Assembly (NCBI GenBank): GCA_965238075.1
Contig: OZ250173.1
Span: 448,001-512,000, forward strand
Length of the DNA stretch: 64,000 nucleotides
Direction: 5' to 3'
DNA from: Candidatus Entotheonellaceae bacterium
GTDB lineage: Bacteria; Tectomicrobia; Entotheonellia; Entotheonellales; Entotheonellaceae
Part shown: positions 59,097-64,000 of the stretch, in pieces
Numbering within the stretch: position 1 is the stretch's first letter
Layout of the letters: each line of letters begins with the position of its first letter
Program-made: the position numbers and the translations under genes
Notes under the pieces: model-generated
Told to the model about the DNA's origin: nothing
The model's database searches: none
What the model saw: the letters and a program-made list of their open reading frames with translations, nothing else

Positions 59097-59843
59097 CTAC
59101 CGACCGCTTCGTCGCGCCGCCTCCACAGCGACATGACCCGCCAGTTCACTCACAAAGTTACGCAAACCCGTCAGTTCACTCAATTCTGAATAATCGCCAG
59201 TATCGACCGCAGATCGCGGGGAAACCATGACCGACGCAGCGGTGTAGAGTTGTTCCTGCACGAGTTTGCGGCACAAAATGCGATAGCGTTCGGCGTACGA
59301 GGCCCCTTCAAACTGCGGGAATACCGGGAAGTGAGGGGATACGTCGCGTACCGGCGAGCGCGATTGCTCGGCATCTTCTAAAAGCATCAGCCAACCCACA
59401 AAAGGCCTGGACTGCTCACCGAAAGCGCCTTCCCGGTAAGCCGTCCAAAGATCGTGTGCGGTACCGATAGCCTCTTCCGTGCGGTTGTTGAAATTGTTCC
59501 CGAATGACGGCCCGATCTGGCTCTTGAACTCCAGCGCGGCGATCAGGCGACCGGCATGGATCACGAGCACATCCCAAAGCTTGGTCGGCCGAAAATAGCC
59601 CGGCAACGTGACCATACGACGTTTTCTGTGAATGTCTGCGTGCTCCAGACCGTTGGCGCGCACGATGTCGATGACGAGATCAATGAACCCGTCCATATTC
59701 TTGCCAGCGGTCACCCCGGCACGCTCGCCCGGGTCGACACGGCCGGACGCGAACTGCTTTTGCCGCGCCCGCTCTCGGTTGCCCCAGAAGTCCTGCACCG
59801 TCTGCCTCGCTTTCGCTTCGTAATCCGAGAGGTCGATGGCCAT
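59097..59843 (-). CDS. PaeR7I/XhoI family type II restriction endonuclease
   Basis: [22 protein letters not shown] and [23 protein letters not shown]. Confidence 0.9.
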   Translation of the reverse strand: MAIDLSDYEAKARQTVQDFWGNRERARQKQFASGRVDPGERAGVTAGKNMDGFIDLVIDIVRANGLEHADIHRKRRMVTLPGYFRPTKLWDVLVIHAGRLIAALEFKSQIGPSFGNNFNNRTEEAIGTAHDLWTAYREGAFGEQSRPFVGWLMLLEDAEQSRSPVRDVSPHFPVFPQFEGASYAERYRILCRKLVQEQLYTAASVMVSPRSAVDTGDYSELSELTGLRNFVSELAGHVAVEAARRSGR

Positions 59844-59854
59844 GCAGCAGCGTC

Positions 59855-61582
59855 CTATCCCTCGCCGTTTCCACTCAAGACGGCTTGTTCGTCGTTTGAA
59901 AGGCGATAGAGCTTGAAGACGGCATCCCGGCAGGCTGCCGTATCTCCGCGTTTTGCGGCCGCCGTCAACGCGGTCTTGACCTCGTCGGGCACCTCCTGCC
60001 AGCGCGGCAGACGAATACGCCGCAGATACTGTGCCTGAAAACGCAAATAGCCACCCCGCATGCGAGTCGAATAGATCGATACGAACAACCGCGCGATGCC
60101 AGATTGCAGGACCGCTTGCAGCGCTTTCAAGTCCCACGCATCGGACGTGATGAAATAGAGATTGTGGTGCGGGTAGAGACGGCCGTTCTCGTAGACGATA
60201 TGGGCCTCTCCCTTGATATCCGGAATGAGCAGTTTCGGCGTCTTCGCCAGAGCCGGATCCATCCGGTCAATGGTGCGGTACCAGTTAGCGGGAACCTTTT
60301 GGGCGATGTGGCGCTTGGCTAGTTGATCCTGGCGCGCTTCCAGATACCGCCTGAGCCTGGGGTATTGACCCAGGTCGACCAAGCCGCCGGTATCAGCGAA
60401 CGGGTTGACGATGCCAAGACCGCGCCACTTGACGTCACCGCTCAGGATATCGCGGGTCATGGCGAGGGGCAATTTGCGGTCTGGTTCGACATCAAGCTCG
60501 TCATAGGGACCAATAAAGGCCTCGTCCGCGCCGGTCGCGACGCCGATGCCGACCTTGGATCCGGTGTCTTCGAGGAGCGGAAAGTCATGCTCCAGACGAC
60601 GCACCAGGGCCAGTTGATCCGGTGACGCCAGTAGCCACGGTTCCGCGTTCATCGCCACCCCGACCAGTTCTTTCACCGGGCTGTCCGGCGCGGGCGTTTG
60701 GGGCGACAAGAGTTCTTGGGCCAGGACGCGCAGCGCTTTTTCGCTGATCTCCGGTTGCCGCGCCATGCGGGTCTTGCCGGGCTTCTCTCTGCCGATGATG
60801 GTGATGGCGGGATAGGCGACGACGTCCTTGTGGAAAGCCGGTGTATGCACCATGTCCACATAGACTCTCAAACGAAAGCGCTCTGCCACCATGCGGCGCA
60901 GCGGTCTGCCGTAGCGGTTCTTCATCCAGCGGTCAGCGCAGATGAAACCCAGCGCTCCCCCTTCCGAGAGCAAGCTGAGCGAACGCTCGATAAAAGGGAT
61001 ATAGAGGTCGGCCCGGTCAAAGATCGTGGTGTAGCGCAAGCGGTATTCGGCGAGCAGAGCGTCCGGGATGCGTTCCTGCCGAACATATGGGGGATTGCCG
61101 ACGACGTGGTCGAACGCGCCCGGCAGCGGCGCCTGCAGAAAATCCCCGCATAGGAGCCAAGTCTCTGCGAGTTGCGCGGCGGTTATGGGGGTAATTCCTT
61201 CTTGCCTCAGAAGGGCAATGACCTTTAGGGAAGTCGCATCGTACGACGGTTGGTGCAGCTCTATGGCGCGGATGCTGTCTTTGAGGCTATGCCATGCGCC
61301 CTGCCGACCCTCCTGTCGCTTCCATGCACTGAGCAGGCGCTCGACAACAACGAGCAGAAAGTCACCGGCTCCGAAAGACGGTTCCAGGATACGGTGTTGG
61401 TACAGCGCTCTGTCGGGAGTGTAACCCAGCAGGTCGAGGATGAAGTCGACGACCTCGCGCCGGGTGAAGATCGCACCACGTTCTTCGATGCCGGCGGTGC
61501 CGAGACCCTCCAAAGCGTCTTCAATCGGACACATGCCGGGGAAGGACGCTTGACGAAGAATGGGTTGCGCCGGTTCAGCCAT
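59855..61582 (-). CDS. N6-adenine DNA methyltransferase (PaeR7I / Eco57I-TaqI-like)
   Basis: [35 protein letters not shown] and [11 protein letters not shown]. Confidence 0.92.
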   Translation of the reverse strand: MAEPAQPILRQASFPGMCPIEDALEGLGTAGIEERGAIFTRREVVDFILDLLGYTPDRALYQHRILEPSFGAGDFLLVVVERLLSAWKRQEGRQGAWHSLKDSIRAIELHQPSYDATSLKVIALLRQEGITPITAAQLAETWLLCGDFLQAPLPGAFDHVVGNPPYVRQERIPDALLAEYRLRYTTIFDRADLYIPFIERSLSLLSEGGALGFICADRWMKNRYGRPLRRMVAERFRLRVYVDMVHTPAFHKDVVAYPAITIIGREKPGKTRMARQPEISEKALRVLAQELLSPQTPAPDSPVKELVGVAMNAEPWLLASPDQLALVRRLEHDFPLLEDTGSKVGIGVATGADEAFIGPYDELDVEPDRKLPLAMTRDILSGDVKWRGLGIVNPFADTGGLVDLGQYPRLRRYLEARQDQLAKRHIAQKVPANWYRTIDRMDPALAKTPKLLIPDIKGEAHIVYENGRLYPHHNLYFITSDAWDLKALQAVLQSGIARLFVSIYSTRMRGGYLRFQAQYLRRIRLPRWQEVPDEVKTALTAAAKRGDTAACRDAVFKLYRLSNDEQAVLSGNGEG

Positions 61583-61741
61583 GCCAATGTTTTCCGTTCA
61601 ATGCGTTCGTTTCGTAGCCTCCAGGGACCAGACACCAAAGGCCAATCGCCGCTCAGGTCGCGGTGCCTGTACGGCGCACCCGATGCCCCCACCTGTCGCA
61701 ACGGCTCAGACAGGCGGGGGCAACACAGTTGGAGCCTGGAA

Positions 61742-61771
61742 GTCGGATCACGCCTCGTTGATCCGACCTAC
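61742..61771 (-). repeat. GTAG-family REP element overlapping the metY stop codon
   Basis: GTAG-GTCGGATCA-ACGAGGCG-TGATCCGAC. Confidence 0.7.
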
Positions 61772-63042
61772 CGCGCCGCCGCCAGGGCCTGATCCAGATC
61801 CGCAACGATATCCTCAATATGCTCGATGCCGACGCACAGGCGGATCATGTCGGGCGTGACGCCGGCACCCGCTTGTTCGGCCTCGTTCAACTGGCGGTGT
61901 GTGGTTGATGCAGGGTGGGCTGCCAGGGACTTGGCGTCGCCGATGTTGACGAGGCGCTTGAACAATTTCAGGGCGTCGTAGAACTTCACACCGGCGTCGT
62001 AGCCGCCCTTGACACCGAAGCAGAGCAGGGCGGAGGGGCGGCCGTTGGTGTATTTCTGCGCCAGGTCGTAGTACTTGGAATCGGGCAGTCCGGCATACTG
62101 CACCCAGGCGACATGGCTGTGCGATTGCAGGTGGTTGGCCACCGCCATCGCGTTGTCCACGTGGCGTTCCATACGCAGCGGCAGGGTTTCGAGGCCCTGC
62201 AGGAGCAGGAAGGCGTTGAACGGGCTGAGCGCCGAGCCGGTGTTGCGCAGCGGCACCGTGCGCGCCCGCCCGATGTAGGCGGCGGGGCCGAGGGCATCGG
62301 CATACACGATACCGTGATAGGCCGGTTCGGGCTGCGTCAGGCCGGGGTACTTCGCGGCGTGCTCGGTCCAGGGAAACTTGCCGCTGTCGACAATCATGCC
62401 GCCCAGCGAGTTGCCGTGGCCGCCCATGTATTTGGTCAGCGAGTGCACGACGATGTCGACGCCATACTCGATGGGCTTGAGCAGCGGCGGCGGCGTCACC
62501 GTGCTGTCAACGATTACCGGCACGCCGTGGCTGTGCGCCATGTCCGAGATCGCCTCGATGTCCGCGATGTTCCCCGCCGGGTTGCCGATCGTCTCCGCGA
62601 ACACCGCGATGGTCTTGTTGTCAATCAGCCGCTCCAGGCTCGCCGGGCTGTCGTCGTCCGCGAACCGCACCTCGATACCCTGCTTCGGCAGCATGTGCGC
62701 GAACAGCGTATACGTGCCGCCGTAGAGCAGGGGCACCGAGACTACGTTGTTGCCCGCCTCCGCTATGGTCAAGATCGAGTAGTTCACCGCCGCGCTGCCG
62801 GAGCTCAGGGCCAGGCCTGCGATGCCGCCTTCCAGAGCCGCCACCCGCTTTTCCAGCACGTCGTTGGTGGGGTTCATGATGCGGGTATAGATATTGCCGG
62901 GCACCGCCAGGTTGAAGAGGTCGGCGCCGTGCTGGGCGCTGTCGAACTCGTACGCCACGGTCTGGTAAATGGGCACCGCCACGGCATGGGTCGTCGGATC
63001 GGTTTCGTAGCCGGCGTGAATCGCTATGGTTTCGTCTCGCAT
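61768..63042 (-). CDS. metY: O-acetylhomoserine aminocarboxypropyltransferase (sulfhydrylase)
   Basis: VPIYQT, NIYTRIMNPT, HSLTKYMGGHG and NIGDAKSL..HPASTTH. Confidence 0.95.
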   Translation of the reverse strand: MRDETIAIHAGYETDPTTHAVAVPIYQTVAYEFDSAQHGADLFNLAVPGNIYTRIMNPTNDVLEKRVAALEGGIAGLALSSGSAAVNYSILTIAEAGNNVVSVPLLYGGTYTLFAHMLPKQGIEVRFADDDSPASLERLIDNKTIAVFAETIGNPAGNIADIEAISDMAHSHGVPVIVDSTVTPPPLLKPIEYGVDIVVHSLTKYMGGHGNSLGGMIVDSGKFPWTEHAAKYPGLTQPEPAYHGIVYADALGPAAYIGRARTVPLRNTGSALSPFNAFLLLQGLETLPLRMERHVDNAMAVANHLQSHSHVAWVQYAGLPDSKYYDLAQKYTNGRPSALLCFGVKGGYDAGVKFYDALKLFKRLVNIGDAKSLAAHPASTTHRQLNEAEQAGAGVTPDMIRLCVGIEHIEDIVADLDQALAAAR

Positions 63043-63091
63043 GCAAGCGCTCCTTCGTTGCCGTCGTAACGGCTATAGTCGCGAATGGAAA

Positions 63092-64000
63092 TCAGAATGG
63101 GCAGTTCCTCAGGCCGAGCGGATCGTGGGGGTCGATGTCCGGCATGAATGGCAGGCGGCGGTCCGGATGGGTCAGGCGGTACACCAGTCCCAGCCAGTTG
63201 TTGAATATCGCCTTGCCCGTGTCGCTCCAGGTGTTGTCGAGGTGGGGCTCAAGCGCCGCTTCCGGAAAGTCGGGAAGCGGTTCCCCATGCGCCTTGGCCA
63301 GGGCGGCCTGGCGCAAATGGGCGGCCGCCAGGTCGGCGGCCTGGGTGGAGAAATAGTGCTCCGGATCGGGCGGCGCGGCGTCGACCTCGTCATCGAGATA
63401 ACGCGACACCTCGCGCTTATACTCCTTCAACAGGCTGTTGTAGTCGTACTCCGGATGACCCTGGAAATACACGATGCGGAACTGATCGGGGCTCACCGCC
63501 ATGTGCACACCGGCCTCGTCGCTGTCCACCAGCACACGCAACCCCGCCGCCGTGAGCTCGTCGTGCGTCACCTCGTTCCAGCGCGAGTGCGGCACGTCGA
63601 AGCGCGTGTTGATGCCCTGCAGCAGCGGGTGCGCGCGGTTGCGCACGCGGTGGCTGTATACCCCCCACTGCTTGCGCGACAGTTTGTGCCGGTCGATCTG
63701 ATACAATTGCTTGACCAGTGCGTGGGTGGCCAGGCACGAGCACAGGATGCTCGTCACGTTGTCCGTCGCCCAGTCGATCACCTCCCGCAGCGGCGTCCAG
63801 AACGGCTCCAGTTCCAATGAGGGCTGGGTGACGTTGGCGCCGGAAATGATCAGGGCGTCCAACCCCACCTCGCGCAGGTCCTCGAACTCGGCGTAATAGG
63901 TATCGATGTAGGCGGCAGCCTCGGCGCTGCGCGGCAGGCCGGGGACGGAAAAGGGATGGATGTAGAACTGCACGATCTGGTTGCAGTTGCCGACGAGGCG
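63092..64000 (-). CDS. metA: Homoserine O-acyltransferase (MetA family), 5' end outside window
   Basis: DALIISGA, ILCSCLA, VPHSRWN, QGHPEYD and NTWSDTG...NNW. Confidence 0.93.
   Translation of the reverse strand, partial: RLVGNCNQIVQFYIHPFSVPGLPRSAEAAAYIDTYYAEFEDLREVGLDALIISGANVTQPSLELEPFWTPLREVIDWATDNVTSILCSCLATHALVKQLYQIDRHKLSRKQWGVYSHRVRNRAHPLLQGINTRFDVPHSRWNEVTHDELTAAGLRVLVDSDEAGVHMAVSPDQFRIVYFQGHPEYDYNSLLKEYKREVSRYLDDEVDAAPPDPEHYFSTQAADLAAAHLRQAALAKAHGEPLPDFPEAALEPHLDNTWSDTGKAIFNNWLGLVYRLTHPDRRLPFMPDIDPHDPLGLRNCPF

Noticed and set aside
61671..61684. 14-bp match (ACGGCGCACCCGAT) to the intron 5' junction at 1176-1189
   Set aside because: Matches of this length are expected by chance in 64 kb of GC-rich DNA, and similarity does not extend.

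Overview
GC-rich bacterial chromosome segment, mostly housekeeping and metabolic genes: leuA, trkA, dcd, moaD/moaE, oligopeptide ABC ATPases, tRNA-Val/tRNA-Asp, folD, an AlkA-family glycosylase, dut, argJ, metC, metY and metA. Gene style is compatible with Tectomicrobia or a deltaproteobacteria-like lineage, but this is weak inference only. Four accessory patches interrupt it. (1) 1-2072: a decayed group II intron with an internal duplication, next to a small module between two dif-like motifs. (2) 34750-37850: a decaying defence patch with intact higBA (HigA fused to an ImmA/IrrE peptidase) and an intact HAD hydrolase among hsdM, DUF1016/YhcG and vapBC remnants. (3) 45940-46582: an MNT-HEPN toxin-antitoxin pair. 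(4) 53930-61582: a defence island between converging met genes, with a PaeR7I-type R-M system followed by a large Dsr1-like SIR2 gene split by an IS630 element; the insertion site (TA duplication) and the detached 80-aa C-terminus can be reconstructed exactly. Best candidates for poorly described systems: the intact HAD gene in the dead R-M locus; the R-M plus sirtuin unit; a split HTTM (gamma-carboxylase-like) gene pair coupled to a nitroreductase; a His-motif membrane protein divergent from a B12 radical SAM enzyme; and a di-iron ferritin-like plus SCP2-like pair. All family calls come from motif recognition by eye; no database search was run.
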